A DNA stretch of 64,000 bases, taken from contig CM022665.1 in NCBI GenBank assembly GCA_012295275.1, forward strand, positions 20,956,001 through 21,020,000. The letters run 5' to 3'. Position 1 is the stretch's first letter. Each line of letters opens with the position of its first letter. The stretch is from Chrysomallon squamiferum. Taxonomy: Eukaryota > Animalia > Mollusca. Under the pieces are notes generated by a model. That model made no database searches. It saw only the letters and a list, made by a program, of their open reading frames with translations, and was not told the DNA's origin. A program made the translations under genes and the position numbers. Of the stretch, positions 15,245-27,790 are shown piece after piece.

Positions 15245-15321
15245 GTAAAAGAAATCAGTGATAAAATGCTTTTCTCTTGGTCGTAAGTTACGACTGCTTT
15301 ATGAAACCAGTCGTAAAGTTT
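15245..15321. repeat. dispersed ~77-bp repeat copy B with nested inverted repeats
   Basis: Aligns to 14061-14138; inverted repeats at 15280-15294 and at 15288-15296/15308-15316. Confidence 0.75.
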
Positions 15322-15702
15322 CACACTGTCTATTCGAAGATGTTTATAAAAGAAACCTTGATGCTTATCGATAAAAGTAATCCAAGTTTTACCTTTAGTA
15401 AGTTTCTTCTCTTGTTTATAAGAGATTACAACTCAGTTATAAATCTGAAATTTAATGACAGAGTTAAAATTCATGTAGTTTATCAATAATCGTCGTTTCA
15501 TTTTATTTATTTATTCATTTATTTATTTATTTATTTATTTTTTTTTTTTGTGGGGGGAAATAATTATGTCGATAAACTGTTTTGAGAAGGAAGATTTGGA
15601 GAAGCGATCTAAGTATTTGCTTGATAATAATAATACTCAAAAATACTTAACCGTATCCTAATAATAAACAAATAATCAAACAAACAAACAAATAAATAAA
15701 AA

Positions 15703-15934
15703 TGACAGATATAAATAGCTTAAACTCTTCTTAATAAATTTTAAAACTTTAATACTGACAGATATAAACAGCTTAACCCGTTTTTAATCATTTTAAAACG
15801 TTAATAATAACGGATATAAATAGCTTAACCACTTTTTTTTTTTACTTTTTTATAATTTTAAGACAATAATATTGACTGATATAAATAGCTTAACGTATTC
15901 TTAACAATTTTGAAAAAGGATAATGACGGATATT
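15703..15934. repeat. minisatellite, ~52-bp unit (TGACAGATATAAATAGCTTAAC...), ~4 copies
   Basis: Unit starts at 15703, 15756, 15808, 15873 (after a T-run insertion) and 15924 (partial). Confidence 0.8.
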
Positions 15935-16577
15935 TTGTTATTTCAGTGTTGTGAGGTTTGACATATTTCATACACTGATACTAGTATCTGCGTTCCACTC
16001 ATAAACAAGTTTCTCTTTCATCCGCACCTCCGTGAAACAATGTTTGTCTGTGCGTCTGTCACCTCGTCTGCCAATAAGTTCTCAAAAACAACAACAGTGC
16101 ATTTTAACAATGCTTTTACGCCAGCCTACTTTGAAAGACTGGCGAACGAACCTGCTAGACACGTCAGTATTAATTACGTCTGCAATTTGCTGAATCTCCA
16201 TAAAAACGTACGAAATCCACGCGAGTCTGCATGGGTTTCACTCCTGCGTCGTCGACTCTTTCCTGGTGGTGACGTCACTGAACAGAACGATTTGAGAAAA
16301 CATGGCGGAGATGTAAGTGCTTTTGTATTCGTCTCGGATATTAGTGGAAATACGCTGTCTTCTTTTTATGAAGATTATTAATAATTTCAGAAGATGGCTC
16401 GAAAAGTAAAATGTACGCTTTTGTTTTCGTGTATAAAAATGTTGATTTCAGAAAATTTATTTCGATATTTATTTATTTGTTTATTTATTTATTATTATTT
16501 CGATTATTACTACTACTACTACTACTACTACTTCTGTTACTATTACTACTTCTATTTTTTGTTATTACTGTTGTAAT

Positions 16578-16649
<72 letters not shown>

Positions 16650-17060
16650 TGGAAAAACTAGTAACTGTTAGCATCATTCTACTACTGCTACTGTAAACAA
16701 TAGTAATAGCAAGAAGAAGAGAAAATAAAATATTCATATAAATAAATAAATTAATAAATAAGTAATAACACGTTTTCTACATATGTAAAAAATTGTTTTC
16801 TTCTTAAATTATAAATTCAATACGAAATAAGTGATAAAATTGAATTTAATCAAATTAAATGAAATAAAAAAAAAACAAAAAAAAAAAAAAAAAAAAAAAA
16901 GCAACAAAAGAAACACTACATTTATATATAATAAAAATATTATTTAAAAATATATTTAAGCAGTAGAATAGAATTAAATTAAATTTGAAATGTCAAAATA
17001 ACAAAATAGATTCAAACTAATATGTCACTAAAATAACAAAAATGTAACAAATATAATTTG

Positions 17061-17092
<32 letters not shown>

Positions 17093-17108
17093 ACAACAAA
17101 TAAAAAGC

Positions 17109-17159
<51 letters not shown>

Positions 17160-17231
17160 AATAAATAAATACAACTTTCTATACGCAAATAAAACTATCT
17201 CTTTAAAAGTGACCAGATCAATTTCACCTTT

Positions 17232-17293
<62 letters not shown>

Positions 17294-19497
17294 AAAAGGA
17301 GAGAGAAAAAAAAAACATGGTACTTTGAAGATTGGAGTCAATGTTTTATGGGATGGATATGAAGATTTTGTCTTCACAGAAGATGGATGTTCTGCCGGGT
17401 TTAGTCTATTGATTTTATCGCGATGCCCCGTGACATGTTTTAAACGCAGAATTCGGGAAGTTGGCAACTTAGTTAATTGGAAGTCTCGGACGAAAAGCGA
17501 AGTGGATATCGTATGACAATGCGTTCTAGATAACCGTGCATATATATGACGTTCCCCTGATAGATTGGGAACGTTTAACCCAAGTCATCCGTGCACGTGC
17601 AAAGCGGAAGCGCACGCGGTGGAAGATTAGTAGAAATTAGAAAACAAATTGTTCCAGAACCACACGCGAAACAGAACCGCCTTTGCTTTTTGTGCTTTTT
17701 ATTTTTATTTTTATTTTTATTTTTTTTCTGTTAATCGTCTTCTGTTTTATTTATCTATTTATTTATTTATTTATTTTATTTTTATAATTAAATAGTTAAT
17801 CAATTAATCATTTATTTAATTTAATTTAATTTAATTTAATTTAATTTAATTTGATAATATTTCAGACTAAACCCATTATCGTTACTTCATGAATTACTGC
17901 TTATCGGCAGCACGTGTATCTTATATTGAACTTCCCACAAAGTAAAAAAAAAAAAAAAAAAAAAAAACATCACGGTTTTTTGTTATACCAGCACGAGATC
18001 CACCGGTTAGAACGAGAAATAGCGTCAAATAAAATCTTGATAAGATTAACCTGTGTTCTTCTAAACAAAAAGTCTAAGATATGATGCTGGATTAATTTAG
18101 TCTTCTAATAAATAGTTAATATAGTAACGAGAAAAATATTTACATATATTGTTGGACTAAAATAATCTGTATATTGGTTGGATCGGGAAATAAACTGGTG
18201 TTCTATTTGGAATCAGAGATGGACATAAGGTAACATTTCAAGAAAGGTACGTAAGTAAATAAACAGTAAAAAGTTAAATAATAATACCACTACCACCACA
18301 CACACCCCCAACAACAACAACAACAACAACAATAATAATAATAATAATAATAAGAAGAAGAAGAAGAAGAAGAAGAAATAAATAAATAAATAAATAAATA
18401 AAAATAAAACAAACAAACAAACAAAAAAATAACACCGAAGAAACAACGTATGTATAACAGTTGTTGTGAAAGGCCTGACAAAATACAGATTTTCGGAATT
18501 CAAATTAGTGTTTTTCGTTTACTAACAGCCCCATCTGGTTGTGGTCTAAGTTGGAGAATTTTAGTTACGACTCTTATCACCCCTCGTACGTGTGTTGTTT
18601 TTTTCACTCGGTTATCTCCGACTTGTAAAATCGAATTTTTCGTAGCGAGTTCCACATTCCTAAATTTGGTGTAAAGGCGAATACTTAAAGTGCCTGTTTA
18701 GAAAATTGTGCAAGAAACATCACAGGAATGAAAACAAATGAATCTTATGCCATGTAAACCATACTTATAAGACTATAGAGACGTTACGAGGCATGCGCAA
18801 GCTTCAAATGGCTCGTGTCGTTTCGGATAAGTTCGGAAAATTATGATAATTTAAAGAGCGCGTTACCGAAAAGACGTTAGCGGAAATTGCATTTTACATA
18901 TGTCTTGTACCAAAGGAACGTCGAGAAATTGTTGTAAAATTCTGTTGAGCTGTGCAATTTATGATAAAAATATTGAAGATGAAAATGAAAAATAGCATTT
19001 TCGAAAGCTATATATATAGTTCTTTTTCTAAACAATTTCTTGAAACACAAACACATGTACAGAGACACGTGCACAGAAAAAAGAGAGTGAAAATTATTTA
19101 CGTAAATAAAAATCCATGCAGGAGACAGTGAAAGAGACACACAAATGCAAATAAGAAGACAGAGAGACAAAGACTAACTGATAGATACATAGATAAATAT
19201 ATGCATAGATATATCTAGATAGATAAACTGATTGATAGATAAATATAGACAAATGTAGATATATAGATAGATAGACATATAGAGAAACTGACTGATAGAT
19301 AAATATAGATACAGAGATAGCTAGACAGATAGATAAACGACAGATAGATAGATAGATTGATTGATATTTAAATATAGATATATAGATAAACAGATAGATG
19401 GACAGACAGACAAAGAGACAGACACATCTAGATGCGTGGATTGACAAATAGACGAACAGATAAACAGGTAGGTAGATAAATAAATAGATATACAGAG

Positions 19498-19593
<96 letters not shown>

Positions 19594-20013
19594 AAACTAC
19601 AACTCTCGGTTTACTTAACGTACACATAACTTACACACATGGGCTTTCTAACGAGACATTTAACAAAATGTACAAAGTCGTTTATAAGAAATTTATTGTT
19701 ATATTCGTGTGCTGGTTGCTGTCAGTTTACATAAATACGGTTTTATTTCGCTTCTCTGCAATTTTTCATAAACTGCACCAGGAACCGAATTTGTTTTTAT
19801 ATTACTACGTACAGTGAAAATAATCGTTACAGAACACTGCAGAGAGAAGGCAACAGGAGAGTTACTGTCACTCGTGTTTAAATATTGAATTAAGAAAATA
19901 AGAATATGAAGAAAGAAAAAAAGGAAAAAAAAGGAGAGAAAGAAGGAAAAGAATGTGCTGAAGAGAAAAGATGTAACTGATGGAAACTGCATTTCATTTT
20001 GTTTTCGACGAGC

Positions 20014-20052
<39 letters not shown>

Positions 20053-21164
20053 TAAACACACACACATAAATACACACACACACATAAACACACACATACA
20101 CACACACATAAACATACACACATAAATACACACACACACATAAACACACACACACATAAACACACACACAAACACACATAAACACACACACACATATAAA
20201 CACACACACACACACAGAATACAAAAAAGATCATGAAAAGAAAAAGAAAAACTCGATGTTCTGATTTATGCGATATTTTTTCTCAAGACGATGAAAAAAC
20301 CAAGATGTTCATTTATCATTTTCGTGTAAAAAGTTATGTAACTAATGGTAAAAAAGGAAAATAAATAAGATAAGTGGCGTAATCATAAATCTTTTTACAC
20401 TTATTGTATGTATGTACGTACGTATTTCTGTATGAATGTATGTATTTATTTATGTAGATATGTATGTATTTATTTATGTAGATATGTATGTTATGTAGGT
20501 ATGTATGTACATTATGTATATATGTTTATGTATGTATATATGTATGTACGTATGTATATGTATTTATGTATGTATGTATGTATGTATGTATATATGTACC
20601 TAATTCAAGTAAAAAAAAAAAAAAAAATGTTACTATAAACAAATCATTCACACATGAAAACAAACAACGAGCAATTTGTCATGGAACACTGTTTAGAACG
20701 TGAAAAAGCTTTAATCGTCGTGCGCAGAGGAGACCGATCATTCTTCAGTCGATCGCTCTAACCACCGAGCCACAAACTCCTCTTGTAATGAATCTACAAC
20801 CGAACGTAATTTCCTGTCTGTAACTCTTCTCTCTGTAACGTTGATTACTTTCGATACGTCATGTCGTAACTTTCTCGTTTTCTTCTCTCTGTACACGACT
20901 GCTGCAGCGCAACACGGGTTTGATGAACAACGACCGCTGTGTGGCGCTGTCGTGACACGACCAATTAAAAGTCTCCCAGAAGCGGAGTCAGAGAGGTCAC
21001 CGCGAAGGAGGGCCAATAAATAATTTTATTCCGTTTCAGATGGATTCCAGAATTTCCTCTCCCAGCGATGGAGAAATGGAGGATTTCAAATACAGCTGAA
21101 AGTGGAACAAGACGTTAATCGTTTCTCAAAAGTTTTTCAAAGATCTTTTCAAGATTTTATTTTG

Positions 21165-21221
<57 letters not shown>

Positions 21222-22940
21222 TAATAACAACAACCATAATAATAGCAACAACAACAAAACAACAATAACAGAAAAGAATAATAATTAAAAAACTCTACTA
21301 TTACTACTACTTATTCTTCTATTATTACAGCATAAACAACAACAATAACGACAACTACTACTACTACTGTTTCTCCTATTACAACTAGCGTGATAATAAT
21401 AATACAGAAAAAGCGATATAGGCCTTAGGAAGAACGAAAGAACCATTTTGTTAACAATTTCCTTTATTTTCTTTCTCCTTTTATTTATTTATTTATTTGT
21501 TTGTTTGTTATTATTATTGTTGTTGTTGTTGTTATTACCATTATTTTTTTTATATATTTTTATTTATATGTGTAATTGTTACTATCGTTTTTCTCTGACT
21601 TGTTTGAGCTGTATCATTCCATTTTTTTTTTTTTTTTTCCTGAATGAAATCTCTCTAACTGACGCCATACCAGACTTTTATCAAACTTTATAAAATATTT
21701 GTCTGTTTGTCCGTGTGGGTGTTATTTTCGTCTCGCGAGGCGCTGACGGGTGACAATTTGTAGTATGTAAGACATTCGACTCGTCTGATGTAAGATACGT
21801 GATATCACGTGATCACATCGTGCGCATACTCAACAGGAAATAACAAACCAGTATTAAAAAGAACTGGCAGGCTTCACTAATGGGGTTAAATATACATCAC
21901 GTGATTCTACAGATGTACATGTTTAACTGTTATATAATACATATATTTAATTTTTTTTATACTTCTGTATTTTCAAGTATGGAAAACAATAATGAAAAGT
22001 AAATTTTTTAAATGATAATTTCACTTAGTATAGAAAATTAATTTCTTAAAAATAATATTTATTATGGTTGTAGTTGTTGCTGTTGTTGCTGCATCTTGTT
22101 GTTCTGTTGAATTTTTATAATTATTATTTATTTGTTTGTATGACATGAAAAATAAACAAACAAACAAACAAATAAATAATGTTCACTGAGTTGATAGATA
22201 ATTTTCTAAGACATAATAGGTCGCAGAAAGTATCCTCCTAGCAATATTGTTTATATATTCCAATCTCCTACAGCATATTTATAACTAATAATTTTTTTAA
22301 AGTTTTAAAAAGCAGAGATGGTTACTGTCCTGTCGTGGTAAGATGCAGATGCAGATAAATAGTATTAACAACAGATGTGTTATTTTCACATTTTAACATA
22401 AAAAAGAAAACATCAAGCGATGTTTTACCATCGAAAACCATTTAATGTTAAACATTATTAAGCAAATATTTAAGTTTTTATCATCATTAATATTTCTGCC
22501 TGCTCCCTGATATTTTTTATTTTTTATTTTGTTTTATTTTTATTATTTTTTTATTTTTATCTCCCTTTAATCTGACCAGTGGTCAAGCTATAATTGGTAA
22601 ATTTGCTATCTCAGTTTCCAGCTGTTGAAACGTATTCTATATTTCTGTGTCCGCTGCTTTCCATGTGTTCCACTGGCGGGCAATCTCACGTGATTAATGT
22701 TGTCAGTTGCTGTTCCAATTCCGCCACTTTGCACGTGCTGCCAACAGCTCATGGATGTTCCGTGAACCCTGGGATGTCTGGTCACCAAAACTCAAATACA
22801 TCATGTAATGTTTCTACTTAAGAGCTTCTGCCCAGAGTCTGGGTCATTTTTGTTTTGTTTTAAATTCTATATTATTTACACACATTTATTATATAAACAT
22901 ACATGTGAGAGAAAGAATAAAAGAATAAAAGAGAGAGAGC

Positions 22941-22998
<58 letters not shown>

Positions 22999-24231
22999 GT
23001 ACGAAGCAACACAAAGAGAGAGAGAACGGACAAACTATCAGAGACAGAGAGAGAGAAAGAAAGAGAGAAACGGACGTAAAAAGATAGACGAAGAGACAGA
23101 AAGAGTGAAACGGATGGACAGAAAGAGAAAGATACCTGGACGGAAGGATTCGGAGAGAGAAAGAAAGAGACAGACAGAGAGTCAGAGCAAAAAGAGAAAG
23201 AGAAAGAGAGACGGAGACGAACTAGAGAGAGTAAAATAATAATAAAAGAATTAAAAGAAATATAAATTCTCTAAGGAGGATCGATCTACGGACACATGGC
23301 TGTACAAAGAATTGTGTTGCTAAATTACACAATCCATTCCCGCACTATGTTTCAAGTCATCACTTTTCATACGATACTTTGATGTCCGTCCTCGTTAGCT
23401 TTGATGAAGCGTGACGAACCGTGACATGACCTTAATCGATACTGTCGTCGTGGTCGGTGTTTCCGTTCAAGCTCAGTTTAGGAAATTATTTAAAATAGTC
23501 TTTTACCATGACGAAACATCTCGCTTCATGTTGACTTAACTTTTGGAACCTGCTGTCTGTCTCCTTCGCTTATCAACGACCGTCGTGTTTCTTCTCTCTC
23601 AACAGACTCGTGACTTTTGCCATTTTAACTCGGAGGTTTTTTTCTCATGGGAGTGACGTCAATGGTTGTAACAGCTGTTGCTAGGCTCAGTTCTCAAGTC
23701 AAGTCTCGCTTGCCGCCATTTGTCCTCCTGTCGTCTGTTACCCGCTGATGACAGATCAAGTCACGCGATCTCTCGGAATTGGTCATGTGATCTAGAGACG
23801 CTCAACCCGATATGGAGAGGAAGTGAAATTAAGAAGTGAACTTTTGATTTAGTCGTTTTTGATCATCTGGTGGCGATGATGTGTCCCATTCTGAGGTGTT
23901 TTCGTTACGAGATATATTCGGTTAACTGTCTGACTTTACCGTTATTTTTTTCTCTTTTTTATTTCTTTTGATTATTTACTTTTGTTTTCTTGTTACTTCT
24001 TCTTCTTTTATCTTATCTTTTATTTTATTTTTTTTCTAAAAATATTTTTTAAATCCTATTTTTTTTTTTTTTTTTTTTTTTCAGACCTGCATGGTTATTA
24101 TACATCTAAACCGAGAATTTTCTTTTGATTGTGATGTATGTCAAGTGAGGTAGATAATTACTGAATAATAATTTCAGTTAGAGTATAATTAAACCTGATG
24201 ATCTGTCACTGAATACATCTGACATCTGGCG

Positions 24232-24271
<40 letters not shown>

Positions 24272-24379
24272 TAACAGAGAAAAGAAAGAAAGTAACAAGT
24301 CCTGAGACTATTTATCTCATTTACAACAATTACTGCTTTCTATTGCAGATCTCCTATTTATTTCATAATTTAAATCTAT

Positions 24380-24890
24380 TTAATGTATACAACTATTTTA
24401 CTCTTTCTGTATTTGTTATACGACTATTTTATTATTTCTATATACGTTACAGCTACTCTTCTGTTTTCAAAACGTTACAACTATTGTATTGTTTCTGTAT
24501 ACGATACAACTATTTTACTTTTTCTGAATACAGTACAACTATTTTGCTACTTCTATACACGTTACAACTATTTAAATATTTCTATATACATTACAATTAT
24601 TTTATGTATATTTTAGAACTAGTTTACTATTTCTGATTGCGTTACTATTTAACTATTTCTGTAGACGTTACAACTATTTCAATTTTTTTGTGTACGTTAT
24701 CTTTTCTATTATACCTTGCAGTTATTATCATATTTAATTTACATTATTATAACTATTTAATTTATACATTAACTATTTACTATTTCTATGTGCGTTACAA
24801 CTATATTACTACTTCTACATGCATTTCACTATTTCTGCATACGTTACAAGTCTTTTACTGTTTCTACATACACTACAGTTATATTTATTT
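24380..24890. repeat. degenerate minisatellite, ~28-30-bp unit (TTACAACTATTTT...TTTCT)
   Basis: The core TACAACTATT recurs regularly; the ORFs overlapping it are low-complexity Y/F/T/I-rich translations. Confidence 0.65.
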
Positions 24891-25778
24891 TTTTACTTCT
24901 TTTTCTTTCGTTCGTTACGTCTTTCTTTTTGGGAAACTCTCAGTTTCACTCTGACCTCTGTTGTGTTGCCGTGTTGACAAGTCAGGGACACAAATGTACA
25001 GTTAGCGCATTAACGCTGATATTTACTGCTGCGACGACAGCTGCAGAGACGTGGATAATGAGAGACGGGGATGTGTGCGATGCTGGGAACGTCATTCGCA
25101 GCCACCAGAAATAACAACCACGATAAAGTATGGAATACCAGTTGTGTCATTATTTATGATAACTGCTCTGTGCATATATCAAATGTTTGCTTTAGAAGAT
25201 TATAGAAAAATTAAATATCATTTAGAATTAAATAGCCAAATGGAGTGACTCATTTTCTGACTCTATTATTAAGCCGACGACATTAAGATTGCTCTATACA
25301 TGTCACATGTTTACTTGAGTGGAATATGGATAAATTATATATTATTTTTAAAATATTATAATCTGTGGTTAAGACGTCGATATTAAGGCTGTACTGTTCA
25401 GAGATCGCGTGATGGCTTCGACTCCTATTTCTAGCTAATTGTGGAGGTGTGACATCACCGCATACTTGCTTATCTATAAATTAATAATCCTCATTCGTAT
25501 TCACTCTAACAGTGTCTTTGACAGACAACCCAGGCTTTTTGAGCTATGTGTCAAAGACAAACGTCCTTGAAACGTTTTTTGATGTCATCACATAAAAACA
25601 TAATAAACAAAACAAAACGACAGACGGTTTTCGCATGTCAGTAGTCAAAAACAGAAAGAGCAAATGTTTTCTTCTACAAATTAGAATTATCTTTTTAATT
25701 TTGTTGTATTAAAAATTACTGATTAGAAATAAAGTACGAAACTATATCTAATGAGTCAAATACGACGTATAGACGAAG

Positions 25779-25838
25779 ACACCACTATGGAGTGAGTTGA
25801 CTGTTTTCTCATAAAGAACTGAAAATTATGAACTCGTC
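25779..25838 (+). promoter_or_regulatory. putative snRNA PSE region of U4 copy 2
   Basis: Near-identical to 5578-5637. Confidence 0.4.
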
Positions 25839-25979
25839 AACTTTGCGCAGTGGCGATACCATATCCAGTGAGGTTTATCCGAGGCGTGGTTATTACTATT
25901 TGAAAATTATTCCCAATACCCAGAACTGACGCCCTTAACTGGGCGGTAAGTTCAATTTTTTATAGCTGCTACGGGGGCA
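25839..25979 (+). ncRNA. U4: U4 spliceosomal snRNA-like copy 2 (more degenerate; likely pseudogene)
   Basis: Gapless copy of 5638-5778 (offset 20,201) with 6 substitutions by my count, including one in the k-turn stem (GCC to TCC) and two in the stem I region. Confidence 0.85.
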
Positions 25980-26661
25980 AATTAAACAAACAAAATCAGT
26001 TATTAATTATTTTGAAAATGAAGGAAAACACTGCTGGTATTTTATTTTTATTTTTTTATTGTATTATTTTGTATTTAAACTGAAACGCCTTATTTCATAT
26101 TTTATGATTATTTAAATATATTTTAAGACAAAATTCATGCATGTAATATTCAAAATTTAACTTTTAGAAATCAACATCCACGTAAGCCACATTAAACGAC
26201 TCTTCAACATTTTTTGATAATTTCTACAATTCCAGACTTCAGGACATTTTATATAATTTATTATTATATTACTTACTATCATCGTTAATTAATTACAATA
26301 TTGAACATTATTATATGCAAATCTTTCGTCTGACGGAAAATTTACACGTCTTCTTATAATGCGTGTGGTCAAAGTTGAATCCATGAGGCATTTTCAACAT
26401 ATTTTTTCTTCTTCTGCTACAAACCATTATTTGTCTTCGCATCATTAAACTAACACGGTTGTTGTAGAGAACACAGAGCAAGGGGGGGGGGATGTTTTAC
26501 AGCGGTCTCCCTGGGGTGTCGATACGTACAAGAGATTTAAGATGCGAGAGTTTGGGTCTTTTTGTTTGAAGAGGTTTTTTTTTTTTTTTTTTTTTTTTGA
26601 CAAACGAGAAGCCAATAAATTGTATGAACGAGGTGAAGGGAAATGGGCCTGAATGTTTTAC

Positions 26662-27021
26662 TGATGTTTAGACGATTAAACCAGCGCCATCTTTTCTGTA
26701 AGGGAAAACAACTATCTTTTTACCAAAACGAGGCGAGATTACGTGTATGATGTTTAGACTATAACATCACCATGTTTTCTACAAGAGAAAACAACTCCGG
26801 TTTTTACCAAAACGAGGCTAGGTTACCAGTGTGATGTTTAGACTATAACAGAGCCATGGTTTTGTACAAAGGAAAAATAACAACTGTCTTTTGGCCAGAA
26901 CGAGGCCAAATTACACATACTGTGTGATGTTTTACAGATAAACTGAATTAATTAGCAGCACGTTTTCGTCAGAATGAGGCAAAAATTCATTTTATTTTTA
27001 AGTTTATTCTAATGTTTAGAC
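26662..27021. repeat. tandem repeat, ~85-bp unit (TGATGTTTAGAC...AAAACAACT...CCAAAACGAGGC), ~4 copies
   Basis: Unit starts at 26662, 26748, 26832, 26925 and 27010; later copies are more degenerate. Confidence 0.8.
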
Positions 27022-27031
27022 AATGACAGAC

Positions 27032-27094
<63 letters not shown>

Positions 27095-27097
<3 letters not shown>

Positions 27098-27128
27098 CTC
27101 TCAGTTTACAGTTGTTTTTAAAATATGT
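27095..27128. repeat. 34-bp dispersed repeat abutting a (GA)n tract, copy 1
   Basis: AGGCTCTCAGTTTACAGTTGTTTTTAAAATATGT, 33/34 identical to 33909-33942. Confidence 0.7.
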
Positions 27129-27354
27129 TTTCGTTGAATTTTACGATCAAAAGCTTCATTTAACACAAACAGTCATGGCCGCTGTGCACCCCGCACGCTC
27201 TGCAGAATGTTACGACGTCGTGGAATGGCAACAACGTATTGTTTTTCTCTGATATGAGTACCACCTTGACGAAGTGGTTGCCGTCTGTCAAGCAGATGAT
27301 AATGTCATCATCTCGCAAATATCTGCGAGCTGTGAGTTTAATGAACGCGTGATG

Positions 27355-27790
27355 ATTGTTGTAACAGGAATAGAATTTATGACGTAATTATTGTTCCAGA
27401 AGCTGTTCATACAATAATTGCTGTACCAGGAATAAAGTTTATGCTATAATCATTTTATCAGAAATAAGAATTTATATTGTAATTGTTGTACGAGGAACAG
27501 AGTTTAAGGGTAATTATTGTACTAATAATATAGTTTATAATACAGTTATTGTACCAGGAATAAAATTTATGTCATAATTATTATACGAAGAATAAAGTTT
27601 ATAATACAATTAATAAAGTATATGCTATAATTAATTTATCAGAAATAAAAATGTATATTGTATAAAGAGTTCATAATTATTGTGTTAGTAACGTAGTTCA
27701 TGATGTAATTAATGTGCCAGACGCAGAGTTTAAAATGTAATTATTGAATTAGGAATATTTTTATAACATAATCACAGTACCCGAAATGGA
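27355..27790. repeat. degenerate minisatellite, ~32-bp unit (ATTATTGTACCAGGAATAAAGTTTAT...)
   Basis: Repeated TTGTAC/CAGGAATA/GTTTAT motifs at ~32-bp spacing. Confidence 0.7.

Noticed and set aside
15703-15934. Repeat array superficially resembling CRISPR
   Set aside because: Eukaryotic context, inter-repeat sequences homologous rather than unique spacers, no cas genes.
21039-21098. TTTCAG followed by short ORF MDSRISSPSDGEMEDFKYS*
   Set aside because: Acceptor-like context but no recognisable homology or partner exons; plausible by chance.
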